A program made the translations under genes and the position numbers. From Glycera tridactyla (taxonomy: Eukaryota), in the NCBI GenBank assembly GCA_965644265.1, contig OZ286467.1, forward strand, positions 11,036,001-11,100,000: a DNA stretch of 64,000 bases, given 5' to 3'. Below are positions 63,036 through 64,000 of the stretch, piece after piece. The notes below the pieces were generated by a model. The model had not been told where the DNA came from. It saw nothing but the letters and a program-made list of their open reading frames with translations, and ran no database searches. Each line of letters begins with the position of its first letter. The first letter of the stretch is position 1.

Positions 63036-64000
63036 CATGCCTCACATAAACCTGCACAAACCCACCAACGATATATGTAAGTAACCTGTGAGAAGCCGAC
63101 ACTCAGGCCTGATGCCAATGCTTTCATTTCAAGCAAAGTTGAAATAAGTGAATGCATTAGGTTCCGAGAATAATTAACTAATATATTCATTTTTGAACCA
63201 TCAACTTCAAACCAGTTAGTGAAAGTAGAAGTAAAACATGCAAGATCGATGTGAGGGCATCGAACTCTATTGAAAAAATGAAAACGGTAAGATGTCTTCA
63301 TTCAGATTTTCTTCGTTAGTTAGATGGCCATAATGGAAAGGTAATTAGGAAGAACAAGGGGAAAGTGACAGATGAAATGGAGTAGACAAATGATGGAAGG
63401 TTGATCTCAGATCATGGGTCAAAGACCTACAATTATGTGTCGGACTGCAAGCGCCAGTTGGAACAGTCGGTGGAGGAGAAGTTTGAAGTTCTGAAGAGGA
63501 TGAAATTAGAAGAAAGGTCAGTCACTAATTGGGGGTGAACTACAAGTATGTGGCGTGGGAAACACCTGTTCATGAGCTGCACGAGAAGAAACCAGAATTA
63601 TGAAGAATTGGGGGTTGGTTGGTTGGTCCTGGTTTGACGTCACGTCAGCGCCGTATATGTGCTATATTGTGACACCCATGCAATAGACATGGGTAGGATC
63701 ATTCAAGTCCCCACCTCCAGGGTCTCCAATGGAAGGTAAACATTTGATAAATCCACAGACACTCGATGTATCATCTCTGTCATTGAAGATGTTGACCATA
63801 GTGTTACCCTGTGAACATTGGATTGGTCCTCATGGTGTCATTTCTGTAGGTCAGCTGTTTTAGGCCAGTGTGCACCACATTGGACGTGGGGATGCAGATA
63901 GATCTATAGACAGACAGACAAACGGAAGGACGGACGGACGGACGGACGGACGGACGGACGGACGGACGGACGGATGGACAGACGGATGGGCGGGTGGACA

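Overview
Animal (invertebrate bilaterian, plausibly deuterostome) genomic window, AT-rich and microsatellite-rich, with 13 N gaps. The only host coding sequence I can support is the terminal coding exon of a COUP-TF/NR2F (seven-up family) nuclear receptor at 10454-10728 (+). Positions 1-10453 are therefore probably one large intron, and ~52 kb downstream is a gene desert. The desert holds: (i) an intact, young single-ORF L2-group LINE (APE endonuclease + RT, 40424-46722) inserted in a (GCAA)n microsatellite with a 16-bp TSD, carrying an apparently perfect 1786-bp internal tandem duplication that creates a second in-frame RT-only ORF; (ii) a non-autonomous long-TIR DNA transposon with Academ-like ends (35694-38041); (iii) several MITEs (hAT-type with 8-bp TSD, mariner-type with an internally amplified 75-bp satellite, others); (iv) a SINE-like family with at least 7 copies; (v) 35-, 52- and 55-bp minisatellites; (vi) CpG-richer islands with clustered TALE/Hox, Sox/POU, CRE and nuclear-receptor half-sites that are candidate COUP-TF enhancers. 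I find no novel multi-gene system. The most unusual items are the LINE architecture and the putative regulatory landscape. All analysis was by eye; motif-based calls are hypotheses.
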